A stretch of 64,000 nt of DNA from Eledone cirrhosa. Lineage: Eukaryota. Within the stretch, counting starts at the first letter, position 1. Every line of letters starts with the position of its first letter. The translations under genes were made by a program, and so were the position numbers. The notes beneath the pieces are model-generated. The model saw nothing but the letters and a program-made list of their open reading frames with translations, did no database searches and was not told where the DNA came from. The DNA lies in the NCBI GenBank assembly GCA_964016885.1, contig OZ024753.1, forward strand, positions 44,268,001-44,332,000, read 5' to 3'. Below, piece after piece: positions 12,837-25,299 of this stretch.

Positions 12837-12884
12837 AGTGTGCCAACAAAACACTCTACTGAAGTCAAATATTTTGATACAAAG
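12837..12884 (+). CDS. Candidate internal micro-exon (48 nt)
   Basis: Strong acceptor ttcctttttctattgcttttatAG and donor AAG|GTGAGT. Length divisible by 3. Two frames open ([15 protein letters not shown] or [16 protein letters not shown]). Confidence 0.55.
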
Positions 12885-12900
12885 GTGAGTTTACAATGAA

Positions 12901-12902
<2 letters not shown>

Positions 12903-12941
<39 letters not shown>

Positions 12942-12990
12942 TCATATATTCATATACATATGTACATATACTCATATATATATTTATTTT

Positions 12991-13025
<35 letters not shown>

Positions 13026-13333
13026 ATATAAAATATATATGTATATAAATACGTATGTATATATATGTATGAATATATATGTATATACATAATATATATA
13101 TGTATGTGTATATATATATATATATATATATGTGTATATAAATATAAATAAATATATATATATATGTATAAATAAATATATATATATATATGTATAAATA
13201 TATATATATATATATATATGTATAAATAAATATATATATATGTATAAATATATATGTATATATATATATATATGTATAAATATATATATATATATGTATA
13301 AATATATAAATATATATATATATGTATAAATAT

Positions 13334-13408
<75 letters not shown>
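12903..13408. repeat. Degenerate (TA)n microsatellite
   Basis: Direct reading. Confidence 0.95.
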
Positions 13409-13410
<2 letters not shown>

Positions 13411-13702
13411 GATAATAGCTTGGTTATAAAACTAAAATCGATGTTCCAATGTAATTCCAATGTATTGTAGCTACATTTATATATTGTATATCTAGTTTAC
13501 TTACCTGTTTCATTGTTGCATGTAGTTCCAAATAAATCTTCATCTTGTAACATATTATGATATTACATAAGCTTTAATAGAGAAACCTTCCATTAGAATC
13601 ACTTGCCATGAAATTAGTCCACTATGATTCTGGAGTTTTTATCAATATAGTGAGGAAGTTTCCATATATAGGGAAATCCTATAAGATGTAATTAATCTTT
13701 TC

Positions 13703-14248
13703 ACCCACACCGCCCCTTTCAATGTAAAGTTATGTTGGTCCCACAACATCCAGGCCGAAACAAATGAGATCGTGTAGGTGTCACGACAAAAAACACACAG
13801 TCCACGCTGTAAATGTGGCCGTGTAGGCAACACGGTAAAAACCTCCCAGCCCCACACTGTAAATGTGGTTGGTGTTAGGAAGGGCATCCAGCTGTAGAAA
13901 ACCCGCCAGACAGTCCACACTGTAATGTGGCCGTGTAGGCAACACGGTAAAAACCTCCCAGCCCCACACTGTAAATGTGGTTGGTGTTAGGAAGGGCATC
14001 CAGCTGTAGAAAACCCGCCACACAGTCCACGCTGTAATGTGGCCGTGTAGGCAACACGGTAAAAACCTCCCAGCCCCACACTGTAAATGTGGTTGGTGTT
14101 AGGAAGGGCATCCAACTGTAGAAAACCCGCCAGACAGTCCTATGCGAGCAAGACAACCACTCTTGCCTCAAGTGGGAAAACCCCCGTCCAAACCCATGCA
14201 AGCGTGGAACACGGACGCTAAACCTGATGATGATGATGATGATGATGA
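13703..14248 (+). mobile_element. Young RTE LINE 3' UTR (family B) with an internal 112-bp unit triplicated
   Basis: Near-identical to the reverse complement of 28424-28745. cagtcc unit starts at 13798, 13911, 14023, 14135. (GAT)n tail. Confidence 0.9.
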
Positions 14249-14354
14249 CATATGTATGTGTGTGTGTGTGTTAAAGATAAACAGAAATAACAAAACAACG
14301 TATAGTATATGGGAGGAATATATTATTTTAATGCTTGAAATAGCAGGAAGAGGG

Positions 14355-14390
14355 TCTCAACGTTTCGGACGCTAGTCCTTCATCAGAAGA
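14355..14390 (-). ncRNA. Minimal type I hammerhead ribozyme motif in a Penelope-like terminal remnant (about 14275-14520)
   Basis: Minus strand: TCTT|CTGATGA|A|GGAC-tagc-GTCC|GAAA|CG|TT|GAGA. Canonical core, 4-bp stem II, palindromic AACGTT stem III, 4-bp stem I with one G:U. Confidence 0.7.
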
Positions 14391-14524
14391 AAGAATGAGA
14401 AATTAGAAAGATTGAGGGGACGGGCAGGGCATAATTTAAAATAAATTTTTAGAGAAAAATAACAAGTCCATTCAAGTTGCCATCTCTTGGAAAACTGTTG
14501 ATGCTGGCATTGTGTACGTGATAT

Positions 14525-14570
<46 letters not shown>

Positions 14571-14573
<3 letters not shown>

Positions 14574-14616
14574 ATAATAAATACAAAGACTAAAATCCAA
14601 AGAGAGTTTGATAAGT

Positions 14617-14679
<63 letters not shown>

Positions 14680-14722
14680 ATAATAAATACAAAGACTAAA
14701 ATCCAAAGAGAGTTTGATAAGT

Positions 14723-14726
<4 letters not shown>
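14571..14726. repeat. Two identical 50-bp units (14571-14620, 14677-14726) embedded in (TA)n
   Basis: gtaataataaatacaaagactaaaatccaaagagagtttgataagtattg occurs twice. A related sequence lies at about 3241-3290. Confidence 0.85.
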
Positions 14727-14762
<36 letters not shown>

Positions 14763-14819
14763 CATCATCATCATTTATCATGTTTTCCCTGCTAGCAAGG
14801 GTTGGATGGTACTTCCATG

Positions 14820-14990
14820 ATCAAGTTTGCACTAAAGTTGGGCTGTTGACCTCCCAGAAGGGAGACTGGTAAGCATGGGTGACCACTGGTTTTCCACAAG
14901 CAACCTTGCCCAGTCTTGTGCCTCAGTGGGTAATTTTCTAGGTGCAAATCCCATCGTCATTCATGACCGAAGGGGTTCTTTACCCTTTAT
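14820..14990 (+). mobile_element. 3' part of a SINE-like retroelement
   Basis: GC-rich segment ending ggtgcaaatcccatcgtcattcatgaccgaaggggttctttaccctt, recalled as an octopus SINE tail. Single copy in this window. Confidence 0.5.
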
Positions 14991-15937
14991 ACACTAAGAT
15001 ATGTGGTTTAATTGTTTTTTAGTATTTTGCCTAAAACATAGAAAAGCCATCCCCTTCTGTTGTATCACAGAATCATGTGTGCCTGGCTTCTCACATTTTT
15101 TTTTTCATCTCGGCTCTTTATTTATTTTCTTTGTTTTTTTATTACTTTGTTTTTCTTTGTTTTTTTATTACTTTGTATTGATTTGTTCTTTGTGTTAATC
15201 ACATTAATTTTTTATTCATTTATAATTGTCTTTGTAAGACATAAAATGGGAACATTACCTCTGGTTTAATACTTTTGAAATTCGTATCTTTGGTAATTTT
15301 CTGTTCTGAGAAATATATTTACAAATCTGTAAAAATATCAATACTAAACAAGTTGTATTGATATTTCAACGATCGTGTAAAGTTGTGTAAAACTTCTAAT
15401 ACAAAAAGTTTCCAAGAAATTGCAGAGAAAATTACTTTCTAACAAGCATGCAAGATATAGCCTTAAGTTTAGGGCCACCTAAGTAATTGTTAATTGAAAA
15501 TAATGGTGATTGTTATCTAATGGAGGAATATGGAAGCAAGCTTGAGACTATTTACAATAACTCACTACTTCCTAGCAGCTATATTTTCTGATTACACAAA
15601 ACCAGCAGAAAATATGTAGCAAGCCAATTTACAATACATATTTGACATTTTTGCTTGTGAGTTGCTATCAAGGAACTAGGTAGGTGGTAGTGCTTGATCC
15701 TGTTCGGATAGGAAATTTGTAATAATTTGTTAAAAGATCCAAAACTGAACAATTTGTGATATTCCCTTCAGCTGTTCAGAGATAAGAGACATTGTAACTT
15801 GGTCATTATTGATTGATGTTTCACATTAGGAAACTTATATTTAGGTACAGCGAGATATCAAGATAGATATATATGATTTTCAACATGTGTGAAAGATTGT
15901 TCATATATAGGTACAGCAAGATAGATATATCATTTTC

Positions 15938-16465
15938 AACTTATTCCTGAGAGGGTCGTGGGGGCAGAGTCCTCAAACACTCCTTCCAGTCAGAAGTACT
16001 GTTTCCAATGGATCCAGTTAGATCCCCTAGCAAGACCAGCTGAGCTCATGGATGTTATCCAACCATTTTATTCACGGTCTACCCTTGGATCTCCTGCCAG
16101 TTTGTTTTTGCCCATAAAATCTGTCCAGTGATTCTTTCCTGAGACATTCTAACCACTGCCTGTAATATTGGAGGTATGATCTCTCAATTTGGAGAAGCAG
16201 CAGTTCTATTTAGCATGACGTTTTGACTTTTCAAACAACGCAGTTTATCGTATGATATTACTCCAAAATATTGGAGGTATGATCTCTCAATTTGGAGAAG
16301 CAGCAGTTCTATTTAGCATGACGTTTTGACTTTTCAAACAACGCAGTTTATCTATGATATTACTCCAAAATATTGGAGGTATGATCTCTCAATTTGGAGA
16401 AGTAGCAACTCTACCTAGCGCGATTCTCTGATCACCAAGCTACACACTATCAAGTAACATTACTG
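15938..16465 (-). mobile_element. Degenerate RTE-type LINE ORF2 C-terminus/3' end with about 103-bp internal tandem duplication
   Basis: Minus translation includes RMSQERITGQILWAKQTGRRSKGRP*IKWLDNIHEL (GxRxxGRPxxxWxD motif). Homologous to 41465-41765 and 45195-45358. Repeat starts at 16165, 16268, 16370. Confidence 0.8.
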
Positions 16466-17214
16466 CAAAGCATTTTGTCCGATGCTCAACCGATTTTGCC
16501 AATCCATATGTGAACTCTTTCCGTGCCATAGTGCCATACATGATTTATTTGGTAAAATTTCCCCCTAATCCTGTTGATGACAAGAAAATCATTTATTTCA
16601 ATTTTATCTCAATAATGGAAGACAAAAGTAAACAAGAGAAAATTAATTTTAGTGAAGTGGGGAGAGAGAAGTTATCTGCGGTTTTATATCATGTTTCATA
16701 AATGTGTGTATATATGTGTCTATGAGAGAGAGATGTGTGTATATATGTGTCTATGAGAGAGAGGGGGAGGGAGCGAGAGAAAGAAATGTGTATATACAGG
16801 TGTCTATGAGCGAGAGAGAGAGGGAAATAGAGAGATGTGTGTATATACATGTGTCTATGAGAGAGAGAGAGAGAGAGAAAGGGGGGGGGAGAGAGAGTTG
16901 GAGAGATGTGTGTATATACATGTGTCTATGAAACAGCGAGAGAGAGAAAGAGCGACAGAGAGAGAGAGCGACAGAGAGAGAGGGATGTGTGTATTTATTA
17001 TATTTCTTCTTTCCTAATATTATTGTGAGGTTCGTTATGTTGGACATGTGGAGGGAGATTAATTACTTGTGTGATTTTGGTTTTAATAGGAACAACAACA
17101 ACAACAACAACAACAACAATAGCAAAAACCAAACTAACAAGTTTTGCAGAAGATAGCTTTGGACAAGAAATCCTTTCAACAAGAACTAATGAAAACATCA
17201 AATGTTATCAATTG

Positions 17215-17608
17215 CATAATTACTGGAAGGTGATGGAATTGATGGTATGGATGGTATTACTTGGAGGGCTGGATACCATCATCATCATCATTGTCATAAT
17301 TACTGGAAGGTGGTGGAACTGATGGTATGGATGGTATTGCTTGGACGGCTGGATACCATCATCATCATCATTGTCATAATTACTGGAAGGTGGTAGAATT
17401 GATGGTATGGATGGTATTACTTGGAGGGCTGGATACCATCATCATCATCATTGTCATAATTACTGGAAGGTGGTGGAATTGATGGTATGGATGGTATTGC
17501 TTGGAGGGCTGGATACCATCATCATCATCATCATCATTATTGTAATTACTGGAAGGTGATAGAACCTATGGTATGGATGGTATTGTTTGGAGAGTTGGAT
17601 AATACCAT
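17215..17608. repeat. 80-bp minisatellite, about 4.8 copies
   Basis: tactggaagg at 17221, 17301, 17381, 17461, 17547. Unit contains GATGGTAT...ATACCATC inverted repeat and (CAT)n. Confidence 0.95.
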
Positions 17609-17960
17609 AACAGACGGTTCTTAAAGAAACTTAGGTTGAATAAAGAATTACCTGTCTTGTTTATTTTGACCATGCCAGCATCAGAGCAGCAGACATTTTG
17701 GTTCTCTTGTGTGAGCTAGCCTTGTATATATGTTACTTCTTTACGTTGAATAATTTTAATTTAAATACCAACCTTTAAAATATGATGGGTTTTTTTTTTC
17801 CATTAAAAAACCCAGAACACTTTTGGCCTAGTTTATATGGAGATTGTTAATCTGTTACCTGCATGCCAAGAATGTCTTGAAGTATAATTGTCCAACAGAA
17901 AGAAAAACAGCAATATCAGTAGGGTTTGAACACAGTTAAAGATACTAGAATTTGAGATTA

Positions 17961-18116
17961 TAACCACTCAGCTACATGAAGGCCAATGAAATATTGGTAA
18001 AAGCATGTTGGAACAAATCTTCTAAAAGTAATCATGTCAACTGACCATTAAAGAAATACATGACAAGTGAGAAGAGCTTTGGTACTTTGGTGGTACCAGT
18101 AAATCTCTGAGGAGAG
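17961..18116. repeat. About 156-bp segment duplicated in inverted orientation at 55774-55930
   Basis: taaccactcagctacatgaaggccaatgaaatattg...ggtaccagtaaatctctg is the near-exact reverse complement of 55774-55930. Confidence 0.9.
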
Positions 18117-18164
18117 GTGATGATGTGACTATGTTAATGATTGTAAAGTAGAGAAATATAAGTA

Positions 18165-18550
<386 letters not shown>

Positions 18551-18608
18551 CTAAATGTGTGGTGCACTTGAAATAATTCTTTAGTGTTTTTGTTGTTTTT
18601 GATATTAG

Positions 18609-18645
18609 AGACCATAAACTTAATTTATGGCTGGAATTCTGTTGA
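18609..18645 (+). CDS. Candidate terminal coding exon start of the unidentified + strand gene
   Basis: T-rich acceptor gtttttgttgtttttgatattAG. In phase 2 reads (R)[11 protein letters not shown]. Another frame stays open to 18793 (TINLIYGW...), so the frame is uncertain. Confidence 0.3.
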
Positions 18646-18810
18646 AATGGAAAATATCAGAAATCTTTCTTCCGTAACTCCCACAAGAACTTGGACAAAT
18701 TATGAAGAAATCACTCCTCAATACCATTTACCTGTAAACATACACTATAATAATTTGTCTTTATTTGCTAAAGGTACTACTACTTTCAAATGATTCTACT
18801 GAATCTCGTT

Positions 18811-19050
18811 TCATCATCATCATCATCGTTATTTTCATCATCATTGTTATTTTCATCATCTCCGTCATTATCATCTTCTTGATCTTCATCATCACCATCA
18901 CCATCATTCTCATCATTGCTATTGTCATCATCATCATCATCGTTATTTTCATCATTTCCGTCATTATTATCTTCCTGATCTTCATCGCCATTATCATCAT
19001 CATCATTGCCCTTTTTGTCATTTTCATCATCATTATTATATCATATCATC
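18811..19050. repeat. Degenerate (CAT)n repeat with internal about 117-bp duplication
   Basis: Direct reading. ttattttcatcat(c/t)tccgtcatta(t)...tgatcttcatc occurs twice. Confidence 0.9.
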
Positions 19051-19052
19051 AA

Positions 19053-19128
19053 GGACGATGGATTGGTAGTATCGGTAGAGAGTTGGATGCCATGCTTTCC
19101 AGCAGAGAGTTACGGCCCTTTATGATCT
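19053..19128 (+). mobile_element. SINE family A head only
   Basis: ggattggtagtatcggtagagagttggatgccatgcttt...gttacggccctttatgatctg. Confidence 0.8.
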
Positions 19129-20948
19129 GCAGGGCACTTCAGGTCGGGGGGTCTCCATTTCAAACACACTCTCTAGCTCTCTGGAAAGAATCTGTGACAT
19201 TTAAATCCCTAAGTTAGTACACTTAGAAATCGATCAGTAGTTAAGAACCAACAGAAAAAGGTAGACAAAGATTTGGCCCCCAAGAGGGAGAAAAATATTA
19301 AATTCTCTGTTACAACTTGAACTCAGTACATTTGGTAACACTACCCAATCCTCCAGACCATTATTCTGAAATTTCTGCCATCTTTTGCTTCGCCTAGGAG
19401 GGAAAAATATAATTTTAACAATGTCTTTTAAGTAATTTAAAAAAAAATATTATTTAATTTAATTTGTAATTTTTATTTTTTTTAATTTTTATATCATTCT
19501 AAAATTGATTTCTTTTTTTTCTCGTTTCTATATTTGTTTCAGTTGATTCAATTAAAATTTAAACTTTGAAGATTTCCCTTGTAATAGAAAAATTCTTTAG
19601 TTTTCATATCTTACAGAGTTTCTGCGAGACTTGTAAATCAATAAATTGATTTTTGCAAGCCAGCAAGAGTAAATAACTGTAAGTTAATCATCTAGTACAG
19701 TTCCCCTGAAATGATCAACAGCAGACAATACTCACTAAGTAATACAATCACTTTAATCATGCAAACTGTCAAAAGAATAAAACGAACACAAAAAAAAAAA
19801 ACAAACACAAAAAAAAAAGATACACACCCACACACACCAGACTCTTCTTTCATCGTATCTCCTCTTCCCTTCACAACAACAACAACACAATAAGTAACAA
19901 AGATTGGATATTACGTTCCTTTCAAAATAGAATTAGTAAAATATTTGCACAATTGCACTGCTAAAGAGATACTTAAAGCAAAACAGCAAACTGGAATAAA
20001 ATACACAAAAATAAAAAAACCCACAAAAAAACACAAGTAATAACAATAATAATTATAATAATAAAATTCTGTCTCCAAATATGTTCCAGTAAAAATCTTT
20101 ACAGAAGTGTCAAATGTTGTTAGTAATTTTTTTTCTTTATTTTCATTTTTATTTTCTATTATTTTTGTAAGTTTGTTTGTTTTATATAATTTGTTCATTA
20201 TTTAAATAAATAAAAATAAATAAACTCGACACAATTGGAGGAAATAGAAAACAATTAAGTTTTGACATTTTTATATGAAAGTTATAAATTATATAAGATG
20301 TAATTTCTTCTGCTTTGCTTGCTTTTAATACTTTGCTATTATTGTTGTTATTATTGACTGAACCATAAAAATGTTGTTGATGTACTTGTTTCTCTGTAAA
20401 GAAAGTTATCATTGTTATTATTATTATCATTATTCTTATCATTATTCTCATTCTCATTATCATCATCATTATTATTATTATTATTATTATTGGTGACTAT
20501 TATTATTTGTATATTTTTTAAAGAATTGTTCCAGCAAATCCTCAAATTAACATTGTTCTGATAATTATTTTTTATTCTGTAATGTGTTTATATAGAAGTG
20601 ATAACAACTCAAGTACTGCTATGAAGAACGTCATGGAATTCCATGGAATTTCCTGCCATGGGCCTTGTTGTAGGTGCACTGTTGTAATATCTTAGAAATT
20701 TAAATCTGGCAGAGCCGATTCCTATCTTGGTCTTAACACACCTGATTTCTTCTACTGAAGAGAGCGAGAGAGAGAAAGAGAGAGACTTTATGGTGTGTAT
20801 TGAGTACTTTTATTGTGTAGAACACCAACCCTAGGAAGGTTGTCATGTCCCTAACACAACTGAAGGTTTCTCACAACCCCTTGTTTGGGGATATACAAGA
20901 TATTTCTTTCTCAGAGTCTCAAATCTCTGGAATTCGCTCTCTGCTTAA

Positions 20949-21169
20949 CCCTTTAGCATTTACATTTCTCTATATTTACTATTGTATTTTCATGGTAAAG
21001 GCTTTATCATACATAATTATCTAACATAATACCAAATCTATGATATTTTGATATTATTTACTTTGAGAAAAATACCTTAACATCGATATGAGTGGCTGGT
21101 TACAGCCGGTTTGAACAGAAAGAGGTCAGATAATTATTTCCGGCTATGGCCGGTTTAAATGCTAAAGGG
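20949..21169 (+). mobile_element. Intact piggyBac-type MITE family M1 (221 bp)
   Basis: Perfect 14-bp TIRs CCCTTTAGCATTTA / TAAATGCTAAAGGG with TTAA on both sides (20945-20948, 21170-21173). Confidence 0.93.
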
Positions 21170-21506
21170 TTAAATAATTCTTGCACACACTAATTTCAAA
21201 ACTTTTAACCTGAACATAAACTTCATCATTCCCACCAATTCCAAGTAGAAAATGAGCGCTGACCCTTCTATCTGACTGGGCCACAATTAAAACCTTACGT
21301 GACCACACTTCTAATAAAAATATACAGCCTTTATATTTCAATTATCAAAATAATCAACAACTGTAAGAGGTTTTAGTGAAATAACTAACTTTAAACTTAA
21401 TAACAAAAGACAAAAATTTAACTTGTGAAACCTAATGTTATCTGTCATGCAATAATGAAATTTCAATCCAAGGTTTGAATTGGCATTTGAACACTTTTAA
21501 TAGAAG

Positions 21507-21577
21507 AGTTTGGGGTGGGTTTGGGTAGGTTTGGGTTGGTTTTAGGTAGGTTTGGGTTGGGTGGCGTTTTAAGGGTT
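21507..21577 (+). repeat. G-rich (GGGTTT/GGTAGGTTT)-like tract, potential G-quadruplex
   Basis: ggggtgggtttgggtaggtttgggttgg...tttgggttgggtgg, with at least six GGG runs. Confidence 0.6.
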
Positions 21578-21977
21578 AAAAAAAGAATAAACAGAAGCAA
21601 ATTAAAACCACAACGCAACCCCTTCTTGTTGATTTGGTCATGCAAGCTCTCAGAACTTATTCTGTCATGTCTTTTATTCTGTAAATTATGATTGAAATAC
21701 ACATTGCATGCTGGACTAGTCTTATGTTAGAAGATAGCATATATTCCATGAGTTGCATGTGTAAATATTGTTGCTATAAACATTTTCACCTGCCATTGTT
21801 TACTTGTCTGTCGCTTGCTTATTGCTTTGAGACAAGCCAACAAAACAGATACATGCAACTTAGATTTTACACTTTGAACAGCAGAATGAAATGTAATTTG
21901 TATTAAATAAAAGATAATTTACAGTTATCTAACAGTAAACTACTTAGACTTAAAGTGTGTTGTATATAAAATCCACT

Positions 21978-21997
21978 TATATATATACATGTGTGTG

Positions 21998-22030
<33 letters not shown>

Positions 22031-22044
22031 ATATATATATATAA

Positions 22045-22113
<69 letters not shown>

Positions 22114-22385
22114 AGCTTTATATCATACTGTTTCAGAGTTGATAGTAATATGTCTTTTTGTGTTGTTATATATCCCTATTTAAATGTAATACACAACACA
22201 GAACACTAAACATTTCTGTTTGAAAAGAGAGACACATGATAGAGAGAGAGATGTGGGGAAATGGAGGGAGAGAAACAGAGAGAAAGCCAGCAGGTGAAAG
22301 GGAGATGAGAAATAGGAATGTCAGAGAGGGAGAGATAGAGGCAAAATCAGGGAGGGCGAGAGAGAGAGATAGAGGCAAAATCAGG

Positions 22386-22442
<57 letters not shown>

Positions 22443-22540
22443 GGAGAGATAGAGGCAAATCAGAGAGAGAGAGAGATAGAGGCAGAGTCAGAGCGGAGAG
22501 AGGCAAAGTCAGCGAGAGAAAGGGAGAGAGAGATAAAGTA
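21978..22540. repeat. (TA)n/(TG)n and purine-rich (GA)n low-complexity tracts
   Basis: Direct reading. Confidence 0.85.
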
Positions 22541-22799
22541 AGAAGACATAGAAGTGCTGACAGTTTTATCTCAGTTTTCAACCATAATAGCCAAAGTTTC
22601 ATTGACTAAAATGAATGAATTCTTCAACAGGAAATTTTTGCATGAAAGCCTAGGAAATATTATCGATCTAGAAGAATTAAGTGAAGGAGTTTCCATTAAG
22701 TTATAAGTTGTCATAAATAATTGTTGGAAATTTATCTATATTCTCAACATATAATGGTAAATATTAATGATGGCGTCATCACTTTTATAAAATAATAAT

Positions 22800-22972
22800 A
22801 ATAATTGTTTCTACTTTTGGCACAAGGCCAGCAATTATCCCAGTGTATTACTGGTACTTTATTTTATCGATCCCGTAAGGATGAAAGGCAAAGTTAACTT
22901 CGGCAGGATTTGAACTCAGAATGTAAAGGATTGTAACTATATACTGCAAAGCATGTTGTTTGATGATCTAAC
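22800..22972 (-). mobile_element. SINE family A
   Basis: ttgtttctacttttggcacaaggccagc...cgtaaggatgaaaggcaaagttaacttcggcaggatttgaactcag. Confidence 0.9.
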
Positions 22973-22974
22973 CA

Positions 22975-23361
22975 GCCAGAAATCTCTCACCTCTTTCTGT
23001 TCAAACTGGCTGTAACTGGCCACTCATACCGATGTTAAGGTATTGTTCTCAAAATAAATAATATCAAAAGCTCATAGAGTCAATATTATATTCATTTACC
23101 ATGAAAATACAATAGTATATATAGAGTAATGTAAATGTTATGTGAGATATTATGTGAGGTAAAGCCTTTACCATGAAAATACAATAGTAACCATAGAGTA
23201 ATGTAAATGTTATGTGAGATATTATGTGAGGTAAAGCCTTTACTGTGAAAATACAATAGTAACCATAGAGTAATGTAAATGTTATGTGAGATATTATGTG
23301 ATGTAAAGCCTTTACTGTGAAAATACAATAGTAACCATAGAGTAATGTAAATGCTAAAGGG
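22975..23361 (-). mobile_element. MITE M1 with 72-bp subterminal unit amplified about 3.5 times
   Basis: Ends gtaaatgctaaaggg|TTAA. Internal ctctttctgttcaaactggctgtaactggccactcatac matches M1. 24-codon periodicity is visible in ORF 23064-23435. Confidence 0.9.
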
Positions 23362-23833
23362 TTAAATAGGAATGCTTTAAAATGGATGGTTTTGTTTCCC
23401 ATAATCAAGGGCAGTTTTAGGCAGTTTGATATCACAATGGTTAAATGTAGTGTATATAGTACTTCTAAATAATCTCGATATTGTTATGCTACAAATATAT
23501 TTCAGGAATATTATGCTATTAATATTCCATACAGCCTTTTATCTGTTTTGTTCATTTCAAAAGCATTTATATCTTGTCACTTGCAGGCAATAATCAGCAG
23601 TACAAATATCGCAAAGCTGCTGCTGTTGTAATAACTGTATGGGTTTTGTTACGATATAATGTTTGCTATCATTTCATTGTTTCTTGCCATAGATATAGTA
23701 TTTCGACAGCTTGGTGGTTGTTAGTGAAAATATGTTGTTAGTGTATGACATTATATTTCTCAGTGCATTTGTGTATATATATATATATATATATAAAATA
23801 TTTGTATATGTATATATATATATACATATACAA

Positions 23834-23878
<45 letters not shown>

Positions 23879-24084
23879 GTACACACAGATTTGCAGCTGG
23901 TTGTATCAGTAGTATGTTAAGCTAGTCCTGCTAGAAGCACTTCACCATAGATTTTCTATCATTCTTTAACACTTGTTACTCCAGTGTAATAAATTATTTA
24001 CAGATACAGCAAGTAAATAAATGTATATGACTGAGGGATTTCGGTGACCAGTTGATGATTGGAAGATTGTGGGTTCAATATCAA

Positions 24085-24279
24085 AATTACCTTGCTGCAA
24101 ATAATTGGAATTGAAAACTTATACAATTAAATTCAAAATTAAAAAAATTAAAAAATTAAAAAATTCTAACCATCCTAAAACTAAAAACCCAACCTTATAT
24201 CACAAATAAATTTCTACTGCCGTCACTGGTGGGGAGTCGGTGCAATTGCCATCTTTGCCCTCCATTAAATCTGACCCTG
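24085..24279 (-). mobile_element. CAGGG-terminated MITE family H, partial
   Basis: Ends ccattaaatctgaccCTG. Internal ttctaaccatcctaaaactaaaaa is the reverse complement of the family H core. Confidence 0.7.
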
Positions 24280-24329
24280 CCCCCACCCCTCATGAATCTG
24301 CATGAATGTATAATAATAATAATATTAAT

Positions 24330-24546
24330 AATAATGGTTTCTTATATAGGCACAAGGCCAGTAATTTTTGGGGAGGGGATAGTCGATTAAATCCACCCCA
24401 GTACATTACTGGTACTTTATTTTATCGACCCCGTAAGGATGAAAGGCAAAGTTAACCTCGGCAGGATTTGAACTCAGATCATAAAGGGCCGTAACTCTTT
24501 GCTGCAAAGCATGGCGTCTGACCCTCTACCGTTACTGGCAATCCAT
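24330..24546 (-). mobile_element. SINE family A, full length, long-tail variant
   Basis: Complete head (ctctaccgttactggcaatcc), core and tail with the ggggaggggatagtcgattaaatc insert also seen at 6170-6200. Confidence 0.92.
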
Positions 24547-25299
24547 TAATAATAATGAAAATGTTTGTGTACAGTGCTCAGGTGCACTACAACAAAAGGC
24601 AAATCAGCCACCGGATGCCGAAACCCGTTTGTTCACACCTGGGTATAATTTTGCAGATACCTGGCATCCAGTTAATCGTGGACAACAGTGTAGAACTATG
24701 ATAATACAACTGTACTGAAGAATTGTTTCTAATATTTTCATAACTGGCAAGACTGAGTAATGTAGCAGCCTTGTAGAAGAAAAGTAATGGTAAAAGCTGT
24801 CATATGTCATGGCAAGAGGAAAGGATCATTCATCTTATGTTTCATTTAGATACAAACAAATAAAACAAACACAATGGATCTAAACCTAATTTTCCACTGA
24901 CATTAATATTTAAGTATTAAGGTGAAATTCTGATATCATATAATCATGGTTTTAAAAAAGAAAAAAAAAAAGGAAACCAGAGAGAGAGAAAGAGAGAAAA
25001 TATATTGATTCTACTTCAAAAGTTTCTCCTAAGACAAACTTCTACTGTGACAGAAAATTATGTATTTTCTATGCATTCTTCATGGAGTTTGTAAAGAATT
25101 CCAAAGTTTAGATTTATATATTTATATATTTATGTACTTTTCAAAATAATATTTGCTCACTACAAAACTAGCTCAAAGGTAAGTTACAGATTACCTGGCT
25201 GGTGAAAGAACGAGAAAACATACCTTGTAGGTATGGTTTGTAGATATTTATTTTAATTTAATTTTTAATACAGGTACTCATCTTCAGCCCTGGAAAGCC

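Noticed and set aside
21507-21577. Interstitial telomere
   Set aside because: No tandem TTAGGG; irregular G/T tract.
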